Positions 43,993 through 55,295 of a DNA stretch of 64,000 nt are shown piece after piece. The notes beneath the pieces were generated by a model. It ran no database searches. It had not been told where the DNA came from and saw only the letters and a list, made by a program, of their open reading frames with translations. This stretch comes from Macrostomum lignano (Eukaryota): positions 372,001 through 436,000 of the forward strand of contig NIVC01000387.1 of assembly GCA_002269645.1 (NCBI GenBank), given 5' to 3'. A program made the translations under genes and the position numbers. Position 1 is the first letter of the stretch, and every line of letters starts with the position of its first letter.

Positions 43993-45748
43993 ATTATTTG
44001 CATGAGTTTCATCCCCCAATTCAAACATTAAACTTCCTCAATGGCCAATCCTGTTTTCCGTGGGAAATTTGTCTACGTGACGGAGCTGCGGCGCCCGACA
44101 TGAATTTGCATCGCAGAATTCACAGAGCATTGATTGCATCAACGCAGAAAAGCGACTGTCACGAATTTGTCTACTATTTGCTTTGTCTTACAAATTGCTG
44201 ATGGCAGACGGGGTAGCCACTTGCGTCCCAGCTTATCCCATCGCCTTCAATTTCTTCCCCTTGGGTTTGCCTCGCCTCCCCAGATCTTGTGCTTCTTGTC
44301 CTCAGAGCAGCTTTTCCTGTATCAGTTCTCAATTCTGGCCAATTCCACACCAGACTTATCCCCCGTCTTCTCCTCTCCCCACCTCCCCCTCTCATTCCTC
44401 CTGCCTGCTTCTTTCAGGTAGAGGAGCGCAGGGCGATGTTGACTCAGAGGCTTTTTGTGCTTCTAGAAGAAGATTTGGCGAGCAGAAGAGGATAGGGGGC
44501 TGTGCGCGCGCGCGTGTGTGTGTGCAGCTTAATAGCTGGTTGCGGCCGAGACTCAGGTGAGCAGGGCGGGCACTCGCTTCCTGTATGCCAACCCACCCCT
44601 CTAAAATGCGGGCCGGGGCATCCCGGAGCAGACCAGCCCTTCAGCGACTCTCTCGCCCCGGCTCCTTCAAGCAAGAGCCAGGCGGATCTGTCAGGGCCGC
44701 CTACAGCTGAGGCAACACCACCCGCAGTGACAACTTGAGCTGGTACCGGCCCACAAAAAGCCTTTTATTGAAATCAGAGAGCAAGAGCAAACATTTGTTT
44801 AAATGATGAGTAGCCAATGGCATCTTGGTCGTGGAACAATAAAAGTGCATTCTCTTATTTTTGCCAGCAGTATCACCGACTTGAACTCTAGCTGCTGGCC
44901 GAGGGCATCATTGATAAGAATTTTTGAACCATGAAACTCTGACTTTGAAGTGCTTTGCAGCTCAGTATGCTGAAAACAAAATAATTTCTATGGTAACCAG
45001 AACTGGCCAAAAACTGCGAGCTTAAAAATGCTGCTTAGCTTGGAAATACGAAGCAGCAACCCCTTCTGTTCTCTTCAAGCCTTTGAGTCTCAAGTCTGCC
45101 CCCAGCGCTCTCCGTCCTCGTTTCAGGCCCCGCAGCTGCATCGATCTCAGCGCACTGGAGACTCTTCAAAAGATGAACAAAATTTGATGCCGTAGAGCCT
45201 TCACGCAGCCTCTTTGCCTCATCGCACACCGCAGATATGCAATATCCAGCTCGCGTCGTCGCGAGGTGCGCAGCTCCGGGTCGATGCCAAACACCCCCTT
45301 CGCCGCGATGAGCCCAGCAGGCTGTGCTGTGGGAGAATCCGCTAGCATTGGGAAGACTTTGATCCGTTGGGCCGAGACAGGTGGGCGATGGCAGGCGTCT
45401 CAGTTTCTCTGCTCGGATGCCCGCTGCTGCTTGACTCGGTCAATCTGGATATCCGGATAGCGACTCTCTCTGCCTGCGGGACCCGCTAATGAGCAAACAG
45501 CAATTAGGGGCGACTTTTCTGAGCTGTCTAGAAGCTGCTTCCAACATTTTTCGAGACTTTGCAAGACTTGAGCAGCAGACAAAAGTAAGCCAGCTTTGCG
45601 CCTGTCTGCCTGAATTCTCATGGTATCGTTTAGTCCAACTCAACTGCGGTTGGTGACAAGTTGAAGCTGCATGGTCTCACCATGCGAACGAAATGCAAAT
45701 CAGTGGTTGGACCAGACTCGGCAAGACTGCAATGATCCGCGCTTGCAC

Positions 45749-45875
45749 CTGGCAGCCTGGGAAAGGTTGGCTCTCCTGTATCTGATGGCTCTGGTGGAGC
45801 CGAATCGAGCGTGCGTCTGCAGGTCCTCAAATAGCTGCCCCTGCTTAGCGAGCTCTTCAACAGTACTAGCTGAGG
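45749..45875 (-). CDS. Candidate internal exon of an unidentified gene
   Basis: Bounded by CCCCATCTTCAG| and AG|GTGCAA. Open frame SASTVEELAKQGQLFEDLQTHARFGSTRAIRYRRANLSQAA looks protein-like. No recognised family. Confidence 0.3.
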
Positions 45876-46393
45876 CTGAAGATGGGGAGAGTTGAGCTTG
45901 CTTTCATTCATTAAACCTCATCGACGGGGGGCGTAGCCCAGTGTACAGCGCGGCGCTCTGATGTGCCGGCGGCCCATGCTCGATTCCAAGTGCAGTCACA
46001 TTAATCTCGGCTTGGGTCTGATCGTGCAATTAACGCCCTTGAGGGCCAACCGCCAAGGCACAGTGAAGTTAGGACCGCTGTACACTCCTGTGTGAGTGTG
46101 TGCTTGTGCGTATGACTGCGTACGTATCCACGCGCTTGTGTGCCTGCTCAGGGTTTGTTGTGGCCGCTGGCCAAATGAATAAGTCACTTCACTTGAGACG
46201 AAGGAGAGGAGAGGTAGCTCTCAGCTATAGTGTTAGCCAATATATATTATGATGATACGAGCGCGTAGATGTACATCGGTGCGCGTACGTTGCACAGGCA
46301 ATGCCTCTTGCCGGTTGTGTGACACAATGACGCTTAAAGTGCTGGGCTAGGGTGCACACAGCCCTCCTGCCTCTAACCAAACCTCATCGACAG

Positions 46394-46883
46394 GCTCGGG
46401 GTCTGCAACATCCCACCTAATGTGACCATACAAAGTCTCAAACTTTCTGGCAAGTCGAGACTCGTGCTGTTCGCGGTCAAGTCCGGTAGCCAAGTCAACG
46501 TCCTGGACTCGTTCCTCACGCCCGTCAACTGCAACCGGTCTCTCCTCGTGTCGCCGATCGTCGGACCGCCTCCGCTCGGCTTCTGGCGCTCGTGTTGGCT
46601 CGACCGACTTCCGGATCTCGTGAGACTCGTGTCCGGCAGTACGATCTCAGTCGAGCTGCTCAAGAACGGCGTCACGGCGCTGAAGATCTCGTTTGATGCC
46701 AGTTTCACGGAACTGAATGCGACGAACTGGTTCAGCAAGGACAGGCATGGAATTGCAATGTTGAAAACTTGAATGCATTTCTTGAACAAGAACTACGCCA
46801 AATGCGCAGCTGATGATGGAACCCTGGTTGAGCTTCTGCAAGCCCGTGAAGCCTGGTGGAACTCAGCGGCACTGCTCTTCTAA
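46394..46883 (+). pseudogene. Coding-like segment resembling an unnamed invertebrate extracellular domain, interrupted by an in-frame TGA
   Basis: Strong C/G third-position bias. Frame reads ...RLVLFAVKSGSQVNVLDSFL...FWRSCWLD...VELLKNGVTALKISFDAS...NWFSKDRHGIAMLKT*MHFLNKNYAKCAADDGTLVE...LLF*. The motif spacing recalls uncharacterised mollusc/deuterostome proteins from memory; not verified by search. Confidence 0.45.
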
Positions 46884-49800
46884 GGAATCTTAATTGGGAC
46901 AATCTATAGTAGCAAAGTTTAACAAGGGAGTCAAGCAAGATCTAGATCAAACGAAGCGCTTCGATTTCGAAAAGCACTTCTTTCCCTGGCTGCCGATGGG
47001 AGAACCATAACTGCCACGCCCAAAAATTGAGCAGAACATTTGAGACCAAACTGTGAAAGTGAGAGTTGGGAAAAAACGCTCGCAACCAAGAACTGAGTTC
47101 GTGAATAGACTTGAATATTTCATGAGTTAATCATTTCTATCCTACAATTTTTTTGAGTACTCAACAATAATGGTCGACCAGTCGCTTGGCTGACTCGCCA
47201 CGGCTTTTGGGATCGACAGCCCGCATTTGAGCTGAGCTGGAAACCTGGCAGTCCGACTGCCACTCAGCTTGCAGTAAAAGTGCGGTGCTCTTGGCAGGCC
47301 AAGGACTCCTAGATGAATGGACAGACAGCCAGCTGAGCCACAGACACAATGACGGATGCCTTTTTAAAAACTTTTGTGAATCAGATCGGGAAAAACGGTT
47401 CTCCGTTCATTCGGAATTTGACATCATTTCAAAGGGCCACGCGCCAAAGACGGAGGATTACTCAGAGTCTCCACCGCTGAAAGGAGCATGGGGAGACAAA
47501 TGGGAGGGGCTCCAGCCCGCCTCGCTCTCACAAAGCGAAGCAGAGTTAGAAATTCTATAAGCATTCAATCTCTTTCGTTCGTCCCTACACGCTTGCTCAG
47601 ACCTCGAATCTATCAAAACCATTCGTTTTTTGACTCGTCTTTGGCAGAACTGAAGGGGCAAAATAGATTTTTACTACCTTTAAGCATTCGCTTCAAGCCT
47701 TCAGTGATCAAATTTAGTGTAGCGATGTAGACAAAAAGTGAAAAAGATTTTAAAAGGTGGAAAGGGCAAAATATAGGCCGGAGGCTGATAGATGCGGCTT
47801 TATGAGCGAAAGTTGTGGCATTTAGATGCTTATCAGGTGCGCCGGCCCTCTGCCCCGGCCATAAACGAAATGTCAAGCGAGCGACAGCCTCTTATGGAGG
47901 AGGGCCAAAATTCTGAATGCCTGCCCTCATCCTAAGGGTATAGTCTGTGACAAGTCGTTGGTCGTTGGACGATGGAGCTTTTAGAAAATTGAATTCAGGA
48001 AGCTCTGTGATACAAGAATGCAAAACCACCACAGGCGTTGGCATCGGGATCACTAAGCATCGGAGGATGGAGACTATCTCCATCTCATCTGGCATTTATT
48101 TTCATTTTTTTATTACATTATTCATTATCAATCTGTATTATTTGTGTAACCTATAAACAATTTATAACCATTAGTTCCTATATACCTTTTACATACCTTT
48201 TGTTATGTTTTCAGGTTAGTTCAATATGCTTAAGGCGTTAATTATTAGTGCTGATATCCTAGCAGACTTTTACGCTGCTCCAGGGTTCTTAATTCTTCAC
48301 AGTTCTCACAGCGGGCTTTTAACCCAAGCCTGTTTTGGCAGCTTCATTTAGTCCATAGATAAAACAAAACGCGTCAAACTGCATATGCAATAATAAATAA
48401 TATCTATATTATAGTCACGTCATATCACCTTTTATATCAAAAGTATCGTAGAAGCTCCTTCACATAAATATTTTGACAAAGTTATTCTCGGGATTTTTTT
48501 ATATTAAATTTCATAAGCTTCGTAAAATTGCACCCTTTTACCACTGTTCCTGAACGCAACTTCAATATCGAATTTTATTAAGATGAATTGATTTATGCCT
48601 CATTTTTATGATGAGTTAATGTAGGCAATTTCTCCATACATTTTGTTGCAGTTTAGGATCAAATACATGTACTATTCAAAACAAATGTCCAATGCCCCTA
48701 AGGTCTCATAAATGTATTTGTATATGTACATACCGCTATAAGTAGATACAGAAGTTTGAAGCCTTAGACAAGATTGTCAACTGATTGTTTTAATCCTAAT
48801 CAAGGGTGACTCAAGTTGATGAGATGACTATCGCTATTTTTGTGTTGGAGAAGTAGAGTATTTCGTTTGGATTGCCACCGCTCTCCCAGCACAAAGACGA
48901 CTTTATAAGATATCCTCGTCTCAGCAGTCGCCAGTCTCCCCAAAAAATCGATGAACCACAGTAACTGAATTAATAATTTCCAGCCGCGTTACCATCTGAA
49001 CTATACTACCTGCTGGGGGGGGGGGGGGGGCAAGGGGCCATAGGGGGCCGGCGTGGCCAAAAAATAGTCTATAATTTTTTGCCTGTAACTATGCAAGGTA
49101 TTCTGTTTACTAAAGCTGGGTCGCAGTTGCTGGGTATAGTTTGACCCCACCCCCTAAAAAATTTTGGGTCCGCCCGGACAATAGCCTGGCTGCAGCTGAT
49201 GAAAGCAACGCGCGGGAGCCATGCCTCGCTAGTAGCGCAGGTCAAAGAGTCGACGGCCGCAGTGAACGCTAATCATCTCGGAGCACTGAGGAAGGCCTGA
49301 GGACCTCATCGAAACATCGCCTGAGTGATTTAACTTACCAGACAAGGACCACTTGGAATAAGAGGTCTATCTTACGGCGGAGAACTACAATATTAAGGAC
49401 TTACTGAGTCTCCTCAAATAATAAGTCTTAGAAATTGTCGGAATTGTGATAAAACCTGTAATTATTATTTAAAAGTATTACAGTAACACGCACTCTCATT
49501 AGAAAATATAGTATCGTTGTTTTACTGCGCAGCTATTTTTCATAGAAATGCACCGTGAACCCCTGGCAGAACCAAAAGGCGGCCTGCAGTCTGCAGATCA
49601 TCGGTCGAAGGTTAGTAGGGAAAATTTATATAGACAGTTACGAATAGAGTGTGTCAAATCATGATGTCTTGCCAATTTATTGGCAAAAGTTGCAATTTCT
49701 CAACTGATTCCAAAAGAATCGTATAATAAAAGGCAAGAACCTTTTAAATAGGGACCTACATAGGGCCTTGATTTTTTGTCACTGTTCTTTATGTAGCCAT

Positions 49801-50174
49801 CTTGGTCATGCGCCAACATAGGGCATAAACAAAATTGGGGTGAAGCGTATGAAAAGATCTAGGAAAATTAATTTAGACTACTAATACTGTGGGTCCATCA
49901 CCTCTATGCATGCCATAAATATGCCTTGGTTTAAAAGTATAGCCTAGTGAACAAGGCCTATGTTAAAATTCTAAAAATTGTTGAAATATTATTGATAATG
50001 AATGCTTTTTATAATTTAGTGATTGACTGATTAGCAGTGCATTACCATTACATTAGCATTCAAAGTTCAATAGCTTTATACAAATAGGCTTTTATAACTC
50101 AATATAATAGCCTAATTGTTAATAAATTGATCTACTCTTTAGCTAAGCCTTACATAGCCTCTAATAAAATTATA

Positions 50175-50487
50175 GGAAGTGCTTATCCCCATGGTCCCAT
50201 GCCAATAATTCAAATTTTATCCAAACAAATCCATGTCAATAATTTTCAGCTTATTCCCATGGCTAAGATTGTGCAGTTGTTTGTGTTTTGTTTTGTGTAC
50301 TGATGTTAAATTGATATTATCATTATTATTATTATATTTATTATTATTATTATTATCATTATTATCTTTTGAATTTTGAATTTTGCAAGTCTCATTTGTA
50401 AAACCGTGAAAACAAATAGACAGTTTTTTAACATATTCATTTTAAGGTTCTCTATTCCAATAAGCTGCCATAGGGATAAGCACTTCC
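50175..50487. mobile_element. MITE-like element with 20-bp terminal inverted repeats
   Basis: GGAAGTGCTTATCCCCATGG (50175-50194) and CCATAGGGATAAGCACTTCC (50468-50487) are reverse complements at 19/20. The interior is AT-rich and non-coding. TSD not clear. Confidence 0.6.
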
Positions 50488-51435
50488 AAAATTGTATTGC
50501 CTAGGCTTACTTATTGAAAACAAAACTAAATGACCCTAGTCTAGCCAAGGCAATATTTTAATAGGCCTAAGAGTATATTATATATTATAATAGCCTTAAC
50601 CTTAAGCTTAGTAGTCTAATCTGATAAAGGCTAAAATAGTAAAATATATTTAGACTGCTTTTAGACTCAACTCTGAAATTGGTTGTTATTGTTCATAGGC
50701 CTATAATAATATAATATATAAATAATATATAATCATTTAATCATCCAGATTCTAGACTAAAGTAGTGTATATTTTTTAAATATATATTTTTTAATACTAA
50801 TAGCTATGAATACTAATAGGCTTCCTTGATAGATTAATTTAAACAAATGATCTTTAATTATAGTATAAACAGGCTTAGTTATTTATAATTTATTTGTTTA
50901 AAAAAGAATATTTAGAGTTAGAGATCTAGTAAAAAAATTCCTATATCTATATCTATTAACAATATCTCAAAAATTTTCCCATAAGTCTATCTGTGTCTTT
51001 TTCTATACCGTACCTATAGCAAAAAAGTTTCTATGATTTCTCAACTTTCTTACTTTCTTACTATATTTGCAATGTGCCATTAGCCATATTTGGTGAGAAT
51101 GTCATAAATTGGGATTATAAGCATTGGGACTTGTTGCTAATGTCAGCTATTATAGTTGTGGAAATGAAGCTCTGAATAAAGTTTTTTAGACAGTGCTCAA
51201 TTTATTTGTGGCATTTTATTAATTTGTTGTTTTTTATTGTTTTCTTTTTTCTCCATTAGTTTTTTCTCTCCTCTCTTCTTTTCCTCTCCCATTTCTTCTC
51301 TTCCCTCTCCTCTCTCATCTCTTCTCCTTTCCTCTTCTCTCTCCCTTCTCTCCACTATCCCCTTTCTTCTCTTCCCCCTCTGCTCTCTCCTCTCCCCTCT
51401 CTTCTCTCCTCCCCTCTCTTCTCTCATATGTCTTC

Positions 51436-52053
51436 TCACAATGTTTAGTAACTAAACAATGCCAAACCTGCAGTTCCAATCACAATGTTTAGTAACTAAA
51501 CAATGCCAAACCTGCAGTTCCAATCACAATGTTTAAGTAACTAAACAATGCCAAACCTGCAGTTCCAATCACAATGTTTAAGTAACTAAACAATGCCAAA
51601 CCTGCAGTTCCAATCACAATGTTTAGTAACTAAACAATGCCAAACCTGCAGTTCCAATCACAATGTTTAGTAACTAAACAATGCCAAACCTGCAGTTCCA
51701 ATCACAATGTTTAGTAACTAAACAATACCAAACCTGCAGTTCCAATCACAATGTTTAGTAACTAAACAATGCCAAACCTGCAGTTCCAATCACAATGTTT
51801 ATTAACTCAACAATGCCAAACCTGCAGTTCCAATCAGAATGTTTAGTAACTAAACAATGCCAAACCTGCAGTTCCAATCACAATGTTTAGTAACTAAACA
51901 ATGCCAAACCTGCAGTTCGAATCACAATGTTTAGTAACTAAACAATGCCAAACCTGCAGTTCCAATCACAATGTTTATTAACTCAACAATGCCAAACCTG
52001 CAGTTCCAATCAGAATGTTTAGTAACTAAACAATGCCAAACCTGCAGTTCCAA
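51436..52053 (+). repeat. 44-bp minisatellite (about 14 copies) with internal palindrome, directly upstream of SF3B5
   Basis: TCACAATGTTTAGTAACTAAACAATGCCAAACCTGCAGTTCCAA. Confidence 0.96.
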
Positions 52054-52126
52054 TTCCAAGTTCCTACAAGAAACAGTTCAGACACAAAAGCCTGCATCCC
52101 ACTGAAACTTCAGCGCAATCTCAGTC

Positions 52127-52384
52127 ATGGGCGAGAGGTTCAACGTGCACACCCAGTTAGAGCACCTCCAGGCCAAGTATGTTGGCACTGGCCACGCCGA
52201 CACAAACAAGTGGGAGTGGCTCACCAACCAGCACCGGGACACCTGCGCCTCTGTGCAGGGCCACCCGGACTTGCTCAACATGATTGCCATCGCTGAGAAT
52301 GAGAGCCGGGCCCGAGTCAGGTTCAACCTGATGGAGAAGATGCTGCAGCCGTGCGGACCGCCGCCAGAGAAAACTGAAGTCTAA
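52127..52384 (+). CDS. SF3B5: Splicing factor 3B subunit 5 (SF3b10), intronless, 85 aa
   Basis: QLEHLQAKYVGTGHADTNKWEWLTNQHRD...AIAENESRARVRFNLMEKMLQPCGPPP is the characteristic SF3B5 sequence and length. Confidence 0.97.
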   Translation: MGERFNVHTQLEHLQAKYVGTGHADTNKWEWLTNQHRDTCASVQGHPDLLNMIAIAENESRARVRFNLMEKMLQPCGPPPEKTEV

Positions 52385-52599
52385 TTTAAAAACTTTACTG
52401 TTCAAATTTATGCATAAATTTCATGTGTACATTTTTTATGCTCGTAAATATACCAGTACTTAAATGTCAGTGCAAAGTAGAAGCTTCTTGTGTGTCGCTG
52501 CTTAATAATTATACAACAATATTTAATTCTTCAGATTTATCCCTAAAACTTATGAATCTTCATCGACACTGTGATCCCCATTTCTTGAGTCCCCACCGA

Positions 52600-53048
52600 T
52601 CCCCAATCCCAGATCCCCAAATTAGATTCCCAATCCCAGATCCCGAATCCTAGATCCCCAAATTAGATTCCCAATCCCAGATCCCGAATCCTAGATCCCC
52701 AAATTCGATCCCCAATTCCAGATCCCCAAATTAGATCCCCAATCCTAGATCCCCAAATTAGATCCTCAAATTAGATCCCCAATCCTAGCTCCCCAAATTA
52801 GATCCCCAATCCCAGATCCCCAAATTAGATCCCCAATCCCAGATCCCCAAACCCAGATCCCCAAATTAGATCCCCAATCCCAGATCCCCAAACCCAGATC
52901 CCCAAACCAAGATCCCCAAATTAAATCCCCAATCTTAGATCCCCAATCCCAGATCCCCAAATTAAATCCCCAATCCTAGATCCCCAAATTAGATCCCCAA
53001 TCCTAGATCCCCAAATCCAGATCCCCAAACCCAGATCCCCAATCCCCA
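52600..53048 (+). repeat. 13/14-bp degenerate minisatellite (AGATCCCCAAATT / AGATCCCCAATCCC)
   Basis: Direct inspection. Lies between SF3B5 and the arrestin-domain gene. Confidence 0.9.
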
Positions 53049-53187
53049 GTCTCAGTTTTTATGTCCGCACTGATTTCCAAACCCCCATATTAACCTCCAA
53101 CGGTCACAATTTCCAGTGCGCAGAGTCCCCCAGACTCGTAGAGCTGACAGCAGCCGGAACAGGCCCACAAGCCAAGCAGAAGCAGCC

Positions 53188-55036
53188 ATGAACGAAGCGG
53201 CCCTGTGCCTCAACCAGAGCAGCTACCATGCCGGCGAGATTGTCTACGGCGCCGCCTACATCTGCATCTGCCGGCCAACGCAGATTCGCTCGCTGCAGAT
53301 TCGCATCCAGGGCACCGAGACTGGTTAGTTCTGCTCTGTCATCTGTAGTCTCTGTAGCAGCTATGAGCAATAGAGCACTTCAAGCTGCGACTTACATAGA
53401 ATCGAGTTTGGGACCTCTGGAATGGTTGGCGCTCGCTGGGCGCGGGTCCTGACCGAAGCCTATTGCCCTGGTCCGCTGCTGGGGCTGGGGTTGAAAGGGG
53501 CGAACCCAGCCAGCCAAGAGAAGTCCACTCTCGAACTGCAATCTCCATTTCCAGTCACGTGGAGCCGGCGCAAGGGCCAGAGCAGCTCAGCCTGCCTCAT
53601 CGACCAGTCCTACGAGCTGCTCAGCTTGCCCCAGCCAATCCCGTTCGGCAGCTACCTGATCCCCTTCAAGCTGCCGCTGCCCAATCTGCTGCCCGCCAGC
53701 TTCTACTTTGCCGAGTTCGACGAGCTCTGCTGCGAGGCCAGCGACCTGCCCGAGGCCTGCCGGGTGGCCTACAGCATCAGCCTGGCGTCGCCGCAGAGTC
53801 AGCGCTTCGGCGCCCGCCTCGACCTGCTGGTGGACGAGGAAGTGCCGGGCTCCGAGGAGGCGCTCTCGGTGAATGACTCGCTGAACCTGTCCGTCATCCC
53901 GGCCATGCGCAAGACGCTGCGACTCGGCCTCAGCCTGGACCGGCAGGCTGTCCGCTTCGGCGAGTTTCTCACCGTCACCCTGCGGCTGGTCAATGAGACC
54001 CGGCGGACCATCGAGAACGTCGCCATCAAGCTGCTGCGCCGCATCTCCGTGACCTGCGTTGACAACGGCGAGCAGCTGCAGCAGTTGCAGCCGCACGATC
54101 CGACCAAGTGTCCGCACTGCGTCAGCGTCTGCTCTACATGGTGGTCCATGCTCATGCCCGGCAGCGATCCTGAGGTCAGGCTGCGGGATCTGTCAGTCGC
54201 GTGGGATCTGTTAGTGCAGGCCGTGGGATCTGCCAGTGCAGGCTGTGGGATCTGCCAATGCAGGCTGTGGGATCTGTTAGTGCAGGCCGTGGGATCTGCC
54301 AGTGCAGGCTGTGGGATCTGCCAGTGCAGGCCGTGGGATCTGCCAGTGCAGGCTGTGGGATCTGCCAGTGCAGGCTGTGGGATCTGCCAGTGCAGGCTGT
54401 GGGATCTGCCAGTCGCGTGGGATCTGTTAGTGTAGGCTGTGGGATCTGCCAATGCAGGCTGTGGGATCTGTTAGTGCAGGCCGTGGGATCTGTTAGTGCA
54501 GGCCGTGGGATCTGTTAGTGCAGGCCGTGGGATCTGTTAGTGCAGGCTGTGGGATCTGCCAATGCAGGCTGTGGGATCTGCCAATGCAGGCTGTGGGATC
54601 TGCCAGTGCAGGCTGTGGGATCTGCCAGTAGATCTATGTAAAGCTTGGTTCCACATCCCCGCAGGTGATCGAGTGCGGCTTCGACGATCTGAAGATCCCG
54701 ATCCCGTCGCCAACGCCGTGCGACTTCGCACAGACGGTGAACTCGCACCGGCTCACCTGCCAGCACTTCCTGCAGTTGCTGGTGTCGCTGGACGGCGGCC
54801 GTCGCCTCCAGACGGAGGTCCGCCTGCCGCTGGTGCGCGCCCACGCCGGTGCGCAGTCGGCCACCTGGCAGCAGCTCGAGCAGCCGCTGCCTCATTGGCT
54901 GGCCGGCTGCTCGGCTTTGCTCAGCCAGTCGGCCAGCTTGCCGCTGCGGCCCGACGAAGTGCTGGGCACCAACTTTGCCGGCATGCCGGTGCTGCGCTCG
55001 CTGCCCGCCAGCGCTTTGGTCACCGACTTTGCCTGA
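53188..55036 (+). CDS. Arrestin-fold (alpha-arrestin/ARRDC-like) protein, 3 exons, about 375 aa
   Basis: join(53188..53323,53555..54174,54665..55036) = 1128 nt, phases consistent. Arrestin_N-like YHAGEIVYG...IRSLQIRIQGTETVTW...GSYLIPFKLPLPNLLPASF...VAYSI. Arrestin_C-like LSLDRQAVRFGEFLTVTLRLVNETRRTIENVAIKLLR. Confidence 0.85.
54181..54628 (+). repeat. 22-bp minisatellite (GTGGGATCTGCCAGTGCAGGCT), about 20 copies, filling arrestin intron 2
   Basis: Begins 7 nt after the donor and ends about 35 nt before the acceptor. Confidence 0.95.
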
Positions 55037-55189
55037 GACTCCCCTGCTTACTGTGGCTTGCTGTCCTGTTCCTATCGGTGATCTCATGCGATCTCGTGTG
55101 TGCAATTTGTATCGATTTAACCCCGTATAGAATAAAATTCCCACTTGCACCCCCTTCTGTTCCAAGATGGGCTTCTGATTTGGGGCTTG

Positions 55190-55295
55190 TGCTCACAAGA
55201 CACAGAGGGTGTACATGCCCTGACGATTAGAAAGTCAGGGTCGCTGTACACCCCCTGTATGAGTGTCTGTGTACTTGTGAGCGTGCTCAAGAGGC
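55190..55295 (+). mobile_element. Partial copy of SINE family 2 (hairpin-containing 3' part)
   Basis: GGTGTACATGCCCTGACGATTAGAAAGTCAGGGTCGCTGTACACCCC aligns with 62403-62450. More degenerate copies lie at about 58320-58385 and 46070-46150. Confidence 0.65.

Noticed and set aside
44418-44495. Acceptor-led short plus-strand frame VEERRAMLTQRLFVLLEEDLASRRG*
   Set aside because: It has a good polypyrimidine tract but no identifiable upstream exon or homology.
46770-46772. Selenocysteine reading of the in-frame TGA
   Set aside because: It is not at a redox motif and no SECIS-like structure is evident downstream.
49740-49880. Possible LINE reverse-transcriptase remnant (FSYASPQF on the minus strand)
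   Set aside because: The resemblance is too short and is surrounded by stops. It needs a profile search.
51436-52053. CRISPR-like array (palindromic repeats at regular spacing)
   Set aside because: The intervening sequences are identical rather than unique spacers, there are no cas genes, and the context is eukaryotic. The same applies to all other arrays.
55217-55245. Hammerhead ribozyme core (CTGACGA-TTA-GAAA-GTC), also at 62415
   Set aside because: Stems I and III cannot form in type I or type III topology. The CTGAC/GTCAG match is simply the hairpin stem, which would sequester the core.
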